Of a stretch of DNA of 64,000 bases, positions 55,328 through 64,000 are shown piece after piece. The stretch is from an uncultured Planctomycetota bacterium (GTDB lineage: Bacteria; Planctomycetota; Planctomycetia; Isosphaerales; Isosphaeraceae), in the NCBI GenBank assembly GCA_963823665.1, contig CAWGMQ010000010.1, positions 1,088,001 to 1,152,000 on the forward strand, in the 5' to 3' direction. Made by a program: the position numbers and the translations under genes. Position 1 is the stretch's first letter. Each line of letters opens with the position of its first letter. The notes beneath the pieces were generated by a model, which saw only the letters and a program-made list of their open reading frames with translations, did not search any database and had not been told where the DNA came from.

Positions 55328-56825
55328 CCTCGTGCTCCTCCGGCTCGCAAAGGTATTGGTAGCCTGACGTCGGGCGCGGGGACACCTTATCCTCGCCCAG
55401 CCAAGGAGGCAGCGGACGCTCTTCGTCGGCCAGCACCTCCAAGATAGTCTTCGGTCGAGCTTGGACCGACAGGATACGTGCCGCCGCCGCATGAGAATAA
55501 GCACCATATCGGACCGCTCGCTCCAACGCGGCGATCACGTCTGTTCGGGTGTAGGTTCCCAATAGTGCCAGCACTCGCTGCGCCTGGTCCTTACCGTATC
55601 GCTGAACTCTCAGCAGCCCTTCCAGGAACCGACGGCCCACTTCGCCCAGCTCGCCAAAGCGTTCCTCCAGTTGCGCCTGTCGCCGGTGTGTGCTTTCGTT
55701 AGGCCGGTGCTCCTTGTGCACGCTCCGTTGCCCTCTGGCCGTGCGCGGCAACAGCGCGTGCCGGGTGATCTCCTCGACCTGAGGACCGTAAACGATCACC
55801 TCGGTCTCGGTCACCCGCACCGGCAACACGCAGCCGATGTACCGCCAAGGCACTGAGTAGCCGTTCTGGCAGTAAGTGACCAAGCCTTCGACGTCGACTG
55901 TGCGATAGATAACCGGGGCGACCACATAAGCTTGGTTTGGTAACGGGATCAGGTGGGGAAGTTCCTCCTGATGCAGCTGCAAGGGCGTCTTGCCGGCGGC
56001 GCGGAGCTCGCGGACATCCGCGACCTGCGCCAGCCACCAATCGGTGGTCTCATTCAGATGACTGAGCGATTCGAAGCTGCGGCCGTTGAACAAGCTGGTT
56101 TCAACGTAATAAAACGGGCGTTCCACCTTTCCCTTGGTTTGAGGCCGCCGCACGCGGCAGGCCACTGGCCGGAATCCGTAGTGGGTGGCGAAGGCCAGGA
56201 ACCGCGGGTTGTAGATCGGCACGTCATCCTCGTGACCACTGACCACAACTTTCATATTGTCATACAAGCAGGTAGCGGCCACGCCTCCCAGATGCATAAA
56301 GGCCCGCACGTGCTCACGCAGGGTGGTCACCATGTCCTGGGCCTCGACGAAGCGCAGATACTGCCGCCGTGAATAGCCCAGGATGTAGCTGAACAAATTG
56401 ACGCGGCGCCGGCCTTCACAAGTGAAGTCCAGATCGTAGACGGCGTAATCCATCTGAGCCTGGACACCCGGCCCAGTCTCAAAGCGGATGACCGGCTGTG
56501 GTCCCGAGCCCGGACGGAGCTCGCGTAGCCGCTGGCGGACCGTGCTATAGCTGCCCGGGAAGCCCTGCTGGCGCAGCTCTTCCAAGAGCCGTACGCCGGT
56601 CAAATCGGGATATCGGCCCAGGAGCTCGAGGATGACCGGCTCGTAGGGATCGAGCTGGCTGGGTCGTCTGCGCGAGGTCGACGCCTTGCCGGCCCGCTGG
56701 GCATCAATCCCGACAAGCACCCGGCTCACCGTGTTCCGTGCCAGTCCCAACTCGCGGGCGATCTGTCGCATTGATGCACCGCCGCGCCAGCGGCTGACAA
56801 TCTCATTGCGCTTTTGCTCGGTCAT
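55263..56825 (-). CDS. istA: IS21 DDE transposase
   Basis: HTH SMRQIARELGLARNTV; FETGPG.QAQMD, LYDNMK, TKGKVER. Confidence 0.93.
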   Translation of the reverse strand: MTEQKRNEIVSRWRGGASMRQIARELGLARNTVSRVLVGIDAQRAGKASTSRRRPSQLDPYEPVILELLGRYPDLTGVRLLEELRQQGFPGSYSTVRQRLRELRPGSGPQPVIRFETGPGVQAQMDYAVYDLDFTCEGRRRVNLFSYILGYSRRQYLRFVEAQDMVTTLREHVRAFMHLGGVAATCLYDNMKVVVSGHEDDVPIYNPRFLAFATHYGFRPVACRVRRPQTKGKVERPFYYVETSLFNGRSFESLSHLNETTDWWLAQVADVRELRAAGKTPLQLHQEELPHLIPLPNQAYVVAPVIYRTVDVEGLVTYCQNGYSVPWRYIGCVLPVRVTETEVIVYGPQVEEITRHALLPRTARGQRSVHKEHRPNESTHRRQAQLEERFGELGEVGRRFLEGLLRVQRYGKDQAQRVLALLGTYTRTDVIAALERAVRYGAYSHAAAARILSVQARPKTILEVLADEERPLPPWLGEDKVSPRPTSGYQYLCEPEEHEDEDPTSAQGEAGGDGTAPEDP

Positions 56826-57735
56826 GATTGTTCAACTCTCCGATGAGGTCCTGAGCCAAAGAGGCCACGCTGGAGGCATCACGCGCCAACTTGGAGAATG
56901 CTGACGTCAGCACCAAGTGATCGCAGGGGGTCAAGCCGGCGCGGCCCTGACTGCGCAGCCAGGTCTCGATGCGACCCAGGTCCTCAAGGACGTAGGTGAG
57001 ACGTCGCGCCACGCGGTTGCCCGAACTGCTTAGCCTTGGGTCCCAGGCCCAGCCAGTCTCCTCCCGTGCTTGCCGCAAGGCCTGGCGCGGCTGGGCCAAG
57101 ATGTACTCTTCCTGAGTCTGACCGGGCGCCGCTTGGAGCAGATTCACGACGCCATCGAGCTCGGCAGCCGTCAGCTTGTCGCGGCGGAGCGTTGCAAGAA
57201 GCTCAGGTTGGTTGCCGGCCGGCAACCGCACCAGCGAGCGAGCGGCCGTGACCGACAACAGCCCCAATCGCAGGTCGTTCTTGGCCGCGTCGGCCAGCTT
57301 CTCGACCAGGGCCAGCCGACGGCAGACCCAGCTCTTGTGGTGGGAGAGCAGCTCGGCGACCTCCTCCTGCGTCAGACCGTCCTCGCGCACCAAGGCGTGC
57401 ACGATCCAAGCTTCCTCCCACTCTTGAGTCCGCCTGCCGGTTTGATTGAGGCCCAGGATCGTCGCCTTGGCCAGGCGCTCATTAACTTCCACGACCCGCG
57501 TGCTGACGGTCAGGAAACCGAGTGTCTGCGCGGCTGCCAGACGCTTGAAGCCGTCGAGAACCTCGTATCTTTCCTCTCGCAGGCAGACGACTACGGGAGT
57601 TTGCTGTCCATAGCGACTCAGGGATGCCGCCATGGCGGCCTCGGCGTCGGGATCGGGAAGGCGATAGCGCCGATACCGCTGACCCAGTTGATCCACCGCC
57701 ATGAAGCGGATGTCCGTCGTGTACGAGTCTGTCAT
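56803..57735 (-). CDS. ParB/Srx N-terminal domain + HTH protein inside IS21
   Basis: SLSRYGQQTPVVV...YEVLDGFKRL; LTQEEVAELLSHHKSWVCRRL; overlaps istA start. Confidence 0.85.
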   Translation of the reverse strand: MTDSYTTDIRFMAVDQLGQRYRRYRLPDPDAEAAMAASLSRYGQQTPVVVCLREERYEVLDGFKRLAAAQTLGFLTVSTRVVEVNERLAKATILGLNQTGRRTQEWEEAWIVHALVREDGLTQEEVAELLSHHKSWVCRRLALVEKLADAAKNDLRLGLLSVTAARSLVRLPAGNQPELLATLRRDKLTAAELDGVVNLLQAAPGQTQEEYILAQPRQALRQAREETGWAWDPRLSSSGNRVARRLTYVLEDLGRIETWLRSQGRAGLTPCDHLVLTSAFSKLARDASSVASLAQDLIGELNNHDRAKAQ

Positions 57736-57840
57736 GAGAAACCTGGTCACAAAGGCCCAATCCGAGTAAGGAAACGGGAGACCGGAGGGCCCGGCCCTCC
57801 CGCTTCCTCCTCGGTTCTTGGGCAAGAACAAACATAAGTA

Positions 57841-58557
57841 TTAGGGGGTAACGTCCTCTATACGTGACGACATGAGAAGGGGATGTTGAGGCGGTCCGCG
57901 GCGATGCATATAACGGGGAAGAACCCCGCGCCGGCGTCGTTGCCGGAGTCGAAGTTCGCGTTGTCGAACTCGTCGTAACGCTTGGTGGCACGAGTAGGAA
58001 CAGAATTTCTGATCGGGAGAACGCCCCGAGGGAAGGAATAACATGTAGCAGCCAGGTCTGTGGCAAGGCAGACCGCAAGATTGTTCGGGTATTTTGGCTG
58101 GGCGCTGGCCCTCGGCGGGTGTTGAGGCGAGCGGAGGCGGCTCGGATGCGGTGGATGTCTGCGACTCGACGACTGGGGAAGTCAGCTCGACGTCGCAGGC
58201 TGGCGGCGCCGGTTCAGCAAGAAATGATCGTTGCTGGAGACGGATTCGATAGCGTCGGGCCTGCTCTCGCCGGATTGCCTTCCCATGGGTAGTAGCCTTG
58301 AAGCGCTGGCAGGAAAGCCAGCGGCGCCAGCGGCAGGCGGATTCCTGACAGGCCGGGCTGCAATATCGCGCCTGAGGCCGGCACGGCAAGAACCAGACTT
58401 CACAGCCTTTGAGCAGGCAACGGTGGCAGTTGGGGTGCCAACGCCGAGATCGGGGTGATTGACCCGACGGTGATGCGCGCGGAAACTGAGAATGGCCCAC
58501 GGGAGGGATTGCTCCCGAGCGGTCAGGCGGCGGGAAGGTGGAACTTCCCGCCGCCAC
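57841..58557 (-). CDS. Cys/Arg-rich protein with two putative zinc fingers inside IS21
   Basis: CLLKGC..F......YCSPAC and CHRPGC..LF......KFCSYSC. Confidence 0.6.
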   Translation of the reverse strand: MAAGSSTFPPPDRSGAIPPVGHSQFPRASPSGQSPRSRRWHPNCHRCLLKGCEVWFLPCRPQARYCSPACQESACRWRRWLSCQRFKATTHGKAIRREQARRYRIRLQQRSFLAEPAPPACDVELTSPVVESQTSTASEPPPLASTPAEGQRPAKIPEQSCGLPCHRPGCYMLFLPSGRSPDQKFCSYSCHQALRRVRQRELRLRQRRRRGVLPRYMHRRGPPQHPLLMSSRIEDVTP

Positions 58558-59033
58558 TTTGCGCCGTGGATTGAAAGAGCCGTCATCGGCGACTGAGCGG
58601 CAATTACACTCCAGCCTACCTGCATTGAATCACACGTGCCAGAAACTTGGTAAAGACGCTGAGAGAGAGCCAAACCCACCATCGACCGATCGCGGAATGG
58701 CTCAGGTGGCTCTGCGATAATGGCTCAGCGTTTCGTTGCTGCTGACAACGCACCGTACGACTCGCGCCCTACCTGCTGCCGCACGCGCCACGCTCCCAAG
58801 GTCTATTTGTTGGCGCTTCGTTGAGCTCTTTCTCCGGTTCAGCACAGCCCGTATGCGACCTGCACGCCCAGAAGAACTTCAGGTTATCGGTTTTGAGCTC
58901 ACTCTTCGCGGGCAAGCAACATTGCTCCTTGAACGGCTACGAGCTTACAATCAAAGGTAGTCGCAAAACGGGGCGGCATGGCGATTGTGACGCTTTCGTT
59001 CCAGAGACTTTGATCGGCTCGGGAGGATAACCA

Positions 59034-59294
59034 ATGGCCACGGTGACCGGTAGGATCTTCAAACTAGCTGATCGTCAGGGCGGCGACGCCTGCGTTCATG
59101 GCACGCGCATTCCGGTTTGGGTTCTGGAGAACTGTCGCCGTCTGGGTATGCCCCATGCCCAAATACTGTCGACGTACCCATCGCTCTCGCCTCCCGACCT
59201 GGAAGCCGCCTGGGATTACGTCGCAGCCAACCGGGAAGAGATCGAGCAGGCCATCCGCGAAAACGAAGAGGGCGACGACGGCCGCGTGGAGTAA
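59034..59294 (+). CDS. DUF433 antitoxin (copy 2)
   Basis: GGDACVHGTRIPV...; near-identical to 35039-35299. Confidence 0.88.
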   Translation: MATVTGRIFKLADRQGGDACVHGTRIPVWVLENCRRLGMPHAQILSTYPSLSPPDLEAAWDYVAANREEIEQAIRENEEGDDGRVE

Positions 59295-59300
59295 CGGCGG

Positions 59301-59639
59301 ATGCTGCTCTACGCGGACGAGGACTTCGCTTTTCCCGCGGTCGAGGAACTTCGAGTACGGGGTCACGACGTGCTAACGGCTCAGGAAGACGGTCAAACGG
59401 CGATGCCGGATGCTGTCATTCTGGCCCGCGCCTTTGCGCTTGGTCGTGTCGTTTTGACTCACAATCGACGCCACTACGTACGCCTGCATCATCGAGGGGC
59501 GGCGTACGTCGGTATTCTGGCAGCATCGCAGGATTCCGATCATCTGGCCCTGGCCAGTCGGATCGGTCGTTCTGCGGACACCATACGCAACTGCCCCAGG
59601 AGTTCTGGTGTTCTGCATACCATCATTGACCCAGCCTAA
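59301..59639 (+). CDS. DUF5615 PIN-like toxin
   Basis: LYADED, LRVRGHDV, VVLTHNRRHY motifs. Confidence 0.82.
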   Translation: MLLYADEDFAFPAVEELRVRGHDVLTAQEDGQTAMPDAVILARAFALGRVVLTHNRRHYVRLHHRGAAYVGILAASQDSDHLALASRIGRSADTIRNCPRSSGVLHTIIDPA

Positions 59640-59711
59640 CCGCGCAACCAAAGTTGCCCGGTTCGCGGTTGGGCATGTTTCGCCACGGCCGGAGTCTGCT
59701 AACATCGATTC

Positions 59712-60440
59712 ATGGCGAAAGCGAAGAAGAAACAGCCTTTACGGAAGGCGTCAGAGCCGCCCAGCGAAAGGCCAGTCGAGGCCGTATCCGTCACGTCGGC
59801 AGACAAGCCGCCTCCGGCCACCGGCGAGCTCAGCAAATCGTCGGCCGCTTCTGGCCAATTAGCAACCAGAATCGAGGGAAGCCCCAACGCGGACGAAAAG
59901 CATCGATTACTATACCAAGGTGCGAGCGGTCAGATGGCCGTGATGTCCGAGTTCCTCTTCCGGCTCATCAATGTGGCGGTCCCCGAGGTGGATGTCGGGG
60001 ATGACGTCTTCGTTGTCCGGGAGAAGGACGAAGCGGTTACCCGCGTTCAAGTCAAATACGCGGCGGCGGACGAACAGCAGAACGGCGAATATGTCGCACA
60101 ATTCTCGCTCCCATGGAAGCAGCTCGATCGGCCGGACGACACGCCGGCTCTGGTTTACGTGCTTGCCGTCCGATACACCCAAAAATGGACCGATTTCATC
60201 GTAGTCCGACGTTCGGTCCTGCGGCAGTTACAAGCAAAGTATGCTGTAGGGTCTATAGCCAAGAAAGACGGGGATGCGGTTGCTCTGGCGCTGCGACTCG
60301 TGTTCACGACGGAGAGCGTGAAGGGCAAAGGAAAGTTCTCGTTTCAGCCGCACCGAAACGCGTTTGATCCTTGGCCGCCACCTCAGCTATCTAACGAGGC
60401 CGAAGTATCAACGCTGGGAAAGGACGTTAGCGAGCGCTGA
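59712..60440 (+). CDS. Putative PD-(D/E)XK-fold nuclease
   Basis: GASGQMAVMSEFL...PEVDVGDD...RVQVK. Confidence 0.6.
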   Translation: MAKAKKKQPLRKASEPPSERPVEAVSVTSADKPPPATGELSKSSAASGQLATRIEGSPNADEKHRLLYQGASGQMAVMSEFLFRLINVAVPEVDVGDDVFVVREKDEAVTRVQVKYAAADEQQNGEYVAQFSLPWKQLDRPDDTPALVYVLAVRYTQKWTDFIVVRRSVLRQLQAKYAVGSIAKKDGDAVALALRLVFTTESVKGKGKFSFQPHRNAFDPWPPPQLSNEAEVSTLGKDVSER

Positions 60441-60456
60441 GCGCGGACGCGTCTCC

Positions 60457-61002
60457 TCATGTCTTAAGCGGCTCGTCATGAAATACCCTCTTCCCGGCGG
60501 GGTCTACCACTCGGTAACCTCCCAGGCTTTCGATTTGCGGCTCGGACAGTCCAGTCAGAATCATCGCGACCTGGTCCAAAATCGGTCCGTGTGCCGTCTC
60601 GAGGTCGAATTGAGTGATCGTGGCAATGAAAAGATTCGGGGCGAGGTTGGCTCCAGGAAAGCTCTTGAGGATCAGATTTCGGCTCGTCGGGCTCAGACTG
60701 TAGTTACACCCGTCGCTGCGACAACTTACGAGGATCTCGATTGGGCCCAATGGTCCCGGTACGCCGCCATGTGGCAACGGATACACTTGCCACCTGTCAT
60801 TCTCGGTATCGCACCTGAGCTCGGCCGCAAACTTCTTGGCTGCTGATTCCTTATCCCAAGCGTAAAGCCACCTCTTTTTTGTCACCGGGTCCGCGACTCG
60901 TTGGGCGTTGGCAACATTGACGCCGTTTTTCTCCAAGAGGCGAATGTACGCTTCGAACTCGAAGTCACGAGCGCCACCCGGAAGACTGACGGTGAAAACC
61001 AT
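60457..61002 (-). CDS. Hypothetical protein
   Basis: 181-aa ORF with globular composition; no recognisable motif. Confidence 0.55.
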   Translation of the reverse strand: MVFTVSLPGGARDFEFEAYIRLLEKNGVNVANAQRVADPVTKKRWLYAWDKESAAKKFAAELRCDTENDRWQVYPLPHGGVPGPLGPIEILVSCRSDGCNYSLSPTSRNLILKSFPGANLAPNLFIATITQFDLETAHGPILDQVAMILTGLSEPQIESLGGYRVVDPAGKRVFHDEPLKT

Positions 61003-61507
61003 GACATCATTCTCCGGGCCTACAGGTCGTACGATTGGCGATGACTGCTGTTCCAGATATTATACAGCGAGTTGACTCGGCATTCAGCCTCGTCGCCGCG
61101 ATTGTGCGTTGAGCCGCGAACGTGTCCGAACGGAAGGTTCCGAGCTTCGGTGGACACCATAATGATCTGCACTCCGCCTGGCCCCGGGCCGCATCATGAC
61201 CATCACCCTTCTTGAGTCCTTCGCATTGCCAATTGGCGCGGGCGAGAGTGGACTCGGGTTCCCGGGCACACCATGCCGACCTCCAACTTCGCCTGGCTCC
61301 AGGCCGCGCCATGGCGATCATCCTAGACCGGCGGGACAGCCAATCGGCACCGCCGAGAGTCGGCCCGAAGAGGTCCCGATCGCCGGGCTGCGATTCGAGA
61401 AGTAGGGCCGCAGGGCGTGGTTCGCGAAGGTCGACGCGGGCGAGCCCTGCTGGCTTTCACGGACTGGCGAACAACGAATCCGGCCGTGATTCGCCTCGAG
61501 CAACGAA

Positions 61508-61680
61508 TACCGAAGGTGGGACTTGGACCCACACCCCCATTACAGGGACCGGATTTTGAGTCCGGCGCGTCTGCCATCCGTCTGACGTTGGGCTGATGTT
61601 GATTTGACGTTGATTTCAGTGATTTCGCAGGGGTTTACGATAACCCCCGCTGTGATTCGCATTGTAGTCGCATTGGGCTG
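61508..61680 (-). repeat. tRNA-Leu(CAA) 3' fragment plus arm; att-like copy D
   Basis: taccgaaggtgggacttggacccacacccccattacagggaccggattttgagtccggcgcgtctgcca. Confidence 0.85.
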
Positions 61681-61917
61681 GCATGGGCAACATGTGCAGA
61701 AGGATTGCAGAAAGGCTATCACTTTGTCGGGCGAATGAAAGTGAGGGTGGGTGCCCATGACCGCGGCAGAGGAGCGCTGCTGCGCCGACGTCGCACTTGG
61801 TTCATCAGCCGAGCGCCAAGGTCCTGGCCACGGTGCCGTCCCCCTGAGGGAAGGTCCGGACACTGGCCCCGCCTCTGGTGCTGTTGCGGACTGATCCATC
61901 TCTTCCCAGACACGCGG

Positions 61918-64000
61918 TCATTTCGTGTGGGGCTGCGCCGCACCGGCGGGGGTCGCGTCAAACTGGATCAAGGCCTTCGCTTCCTTGTAGGCCAGCCACA
62001 TGATCAGCTCGTCCGCGTCGGCACCGCCGGCCAGCGGTTTCTGCTCGTCGACGGGCAGCGGTTTCATCTTCGCGGCCGCTTCGGTCGCGAGCTTGCGGGC
62101 AAGCTCGGTCTTCCCCTGTCGAAACAGGCCCATCGCGCGGTAGAACGCGGAGGTGCTTGATACAGTGTTATTCTTACCTGGATCATTCATCGCCGCGGTC
62201 AAAGCGGCGTCGGCTTCCGCGAAGTGTCCGCTACGGTATTCTGCCATGCCGAGGGCCATCTCGAAATAAACCAGCCACTGGGAACCCTTTCCATGTTCCA
62301 CCGCGCGACGGGCGAGAACCAGCGCGGATTCGCACCGCTTGGGGTCGGCCTGGCGCAGGCTGCAACACTTCGCCGCCTTGTCGGCGAGCCCGAGATGTTC
62401 CGTCTCTTTCGCGAGCGAAAGAAGTTTCTCACAAGTGGAGGAAAGCTCCTTGTCCTGCCCAAACCACGCGTGGAGGGCAGCTACCTTCAAATAGTGGTTG
62501 GACAGGCCATCGCGGAGATCGAGGTCAGAGGGGTTGTCGTCGACCAGTTTCTGCCGGATCGTCAGGGCCTTGCGGAACTCGGCCTCCGCCTCCGCTGGCC
62601 TGCCCGTGCCCGACAGCAGGATGCCGAGGTTGAGGTGGCTGTCCGCCAGTTCGCTGCGGTAGTCGGCCAGCTTCTGCCAGAGTGCCAGCGCCTTGCGGTA
62701 CTCGGCCTCCGCCTCCACTGGCTTGCCGGTCTTCGACAGCAGGTCGGCGAGCGCGCGGTGACTCCACGCCAGGTCGCTGCGGTTCCGAGTGACGGCGGGG
62801 TCGTCGTCGGCCAGCTTCTGGTAGAGCGCCATCGCCTTGCGGTACTCGGCCTCCGCCTCCGCCAGCTTGCCCGTGTTCCACAGCAGGCCGCCGTGGTGGA
62901 AATGGGTCAGCGCCAGGGAAAAGCGGAAGCGGGACTCGGCGGGTTGGTCGTCGGCCAGCTTCTGGTAGAGCGCCAGCGCCGTGCGGTACTCGGCCGCCGC
63001 CTCCGCTGGCTTGCCCGTCCTCGACAGCAAGTAGCCGAGGAAGTAGTGGCTGTGCGCCAGGGAGAAGCGGAAGCCGGTGACGGCGGGGTTGTCGTCGGCC
63101 AACTTCTGGTGGAGCGCCAGTGCGTTGCGGAGCTCGGCCTCCGCCTTCGCCGGCTTGCCTGTCCTCGACAGCAAGAAGCCGAGGTCGTGGTGACTCGACG
63201 CCAGGCTGCTGCGGAAGCCGGTGACGGCGGGGTTGTCGTCGGCCAGCTTCTGCTGGATTTGCAGCGCCGTGCGGTATTCCGCCTCCGCCTCCGCCGGCTT
63301 GCCCCAGGCCGACCGGTAGGCGAGGCCGTTGTGGATGCCCGCCAGGCTGCTGTGGAAACTGGTGACGGCGGGGTTGTCGTCGGCCAGCTTCTGCCAGAGT
63401 GCCAGCGCCTTGCGGAACTCGGCCTCCGCCTCCGCCGGCTTGCCCGTGTTCGACAGCCGCCACCCGAGGTTTTCGTGGCTGACCGCCAGGCCGCTGCGGA
63501 ATTCGGTGACGGCGGGGTTGTCGTCGGCCAGCTTCCGCCAGAGTACCAGCGACTTGCGGTACTCGGCCTCCGCCTCCGCCTGCTTGCCCGTGTTCAACAG
63601 CCGCAACCCGAGGTCGTTGTGGGTCCACGCCAGGTCGCTGCGGAATTGGGTGACGGCGGGGTTGCCGTCGGCCAGCTTCTGGTAGAGCGCCAGCGCCCAG
63701 CGGTACTCGGCTTCCGCCTCCGTTGGCTTTCCCGTCTCCGCCAGCAGGCTGCCGATGCGATAGATGGTGTCCGCCAGGTCGTGGCGGGCGTCGCCCGAGG
63801 CTTCGGGAGCGGCGGCCAGCGCCTCCTGGTCGGCCCGCGCCAGCCGGTAGGCCGCCAGGGCGTCGGCGGACTTGCCCGTGGCCTTCAGGAGCCAACCCAT
63901 TTGCGACCGGCAGGCCGCCAACGCGGCCCGCGCCGACGGATCGGCACCCGCCGGGCCGGCCAGCAGCGACTCCGACCGCCGGTAGGATGCTAGCGCCTCG
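61918..64000 (-). CDS. C-terminal TPR array, probably of a Ser/Thr kinase (5' end outside window)
   Basis: ~49-aa repeats GKPAEAEAEYRxALALxQKLADDNPAVTxFRSxLA. Confidence 0.8.
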   Translation of the reverse strand, partial: EALASYRRSESLLAGPAGADPSARAALAACRSQMGWLLKATGKSADALAAYRLARADQEALAAAPEASGDARHDLADTIYRIGSLLAETGKPTEAEAEYRWALALYQKLADGNPAVTQFRSDLAWTHNDLGLRLLNTGKQAEAEAEYRKSLVLWRKLADDNPAVTEFRSGLAVSHENLGWRLSNTGKPAEAEAEFRKALALWQKLADDNPAVTSFHSSLAGIHNGLAYRSAWGKPAEAEAEYRTALQIQQKLADDNPAVTGFRSSLASSHHDLGFLLSRTGKPAKAEAELRNALALHQKLADDNPAVTGFRFSLAHSHYFLGYLLSRTGKPAEAAAEYRTALALYQKLADDQPAESRFRFSLALTHFHHGGLLWNTGKLAEAEAEYRKAMALYQKLADDDPAVTRNRSDLAWSHRALADLLSKTGKPVEAEAEYRKALALWQKLADYRSELADSHLNLGILLSGTGRPAEAEAEFRKALTIRQKLVDDNPSDLDLRDGLSNHYLKVAALHAWFGQDKELSSTCEKLLSLAKETEHLGLADKAAKCCSLRQADPKRCESALVLARRAVEHGKGSQWLVYFEMALGMAEYRSGHFAEADAALTAAMNDPGKNNTVSSTSAFYRAMGLFRQGKTELARKLATEAAAKMKPLPVDEQKPLAGGADADELIMWLAYKEAKALIQFDATPAGAAQPHTK

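Larger units (their letters stand above)
54341..58747 (-). mobile_element. IS21-family element, 4.4 kb, four ORFs, 6-bp target duplication ACGCAC
   Basis: Ends tttcaacggcagccaggaagtgagccactttcgcag and rc tgtcagcagcaacgaaacgctgagccattatcgcag align without gaps; ACGCAC at 54335-54340 and 58748-58753. Confidence 0.9.

Noticed and set aside
24307..61576. Four functional tRNA-Leu genes
   Set aside because: All lack the 5' acceptor and D stems, and three have T-arm substitutions; treated as att-like fragments.

Overview
High-GC bacterial DNA. Planctomycetota (Isosphaeraceae-like) is inferred from LExRxLLS-type N-termini on secreted proteins and an ECF sigma/Ser-Thr kinase pair. Many single-base frameshifts at short homopolymers suggest uncorrected long-read errors, so frameshifts alone are not treated as pseudogenisation. 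1-18 kb is fairly ordinary: tandem secreted repeat proteins, an aldo/keto reductase, LemA+DUF2207, a Gfo/Idh/MocA oxidoreductase, a hybrid histidine kinase and two beta-propeller proteins. 18-62 kb is an accessory hotspot. It is punctuated by four diverged 3'-half copies of tRNA-Leu(CAA), each fused to a conserved ~100-140 bp arm; these look like att sites, but no integrase is in the window. Cargo includes TA modules (mostly with damaged toxins), a triplicated small-protein/retropepsin pair, and an RHS-HEXXH toxin + candidate immunity + atypical IscU + two glycosyltransferase cluster whose genes carry in-frame REP/heptamer insertions. Also present are a truncated group II intron and a 4.4-kb four-ORF IS21 element with a 6-bp target duplication.
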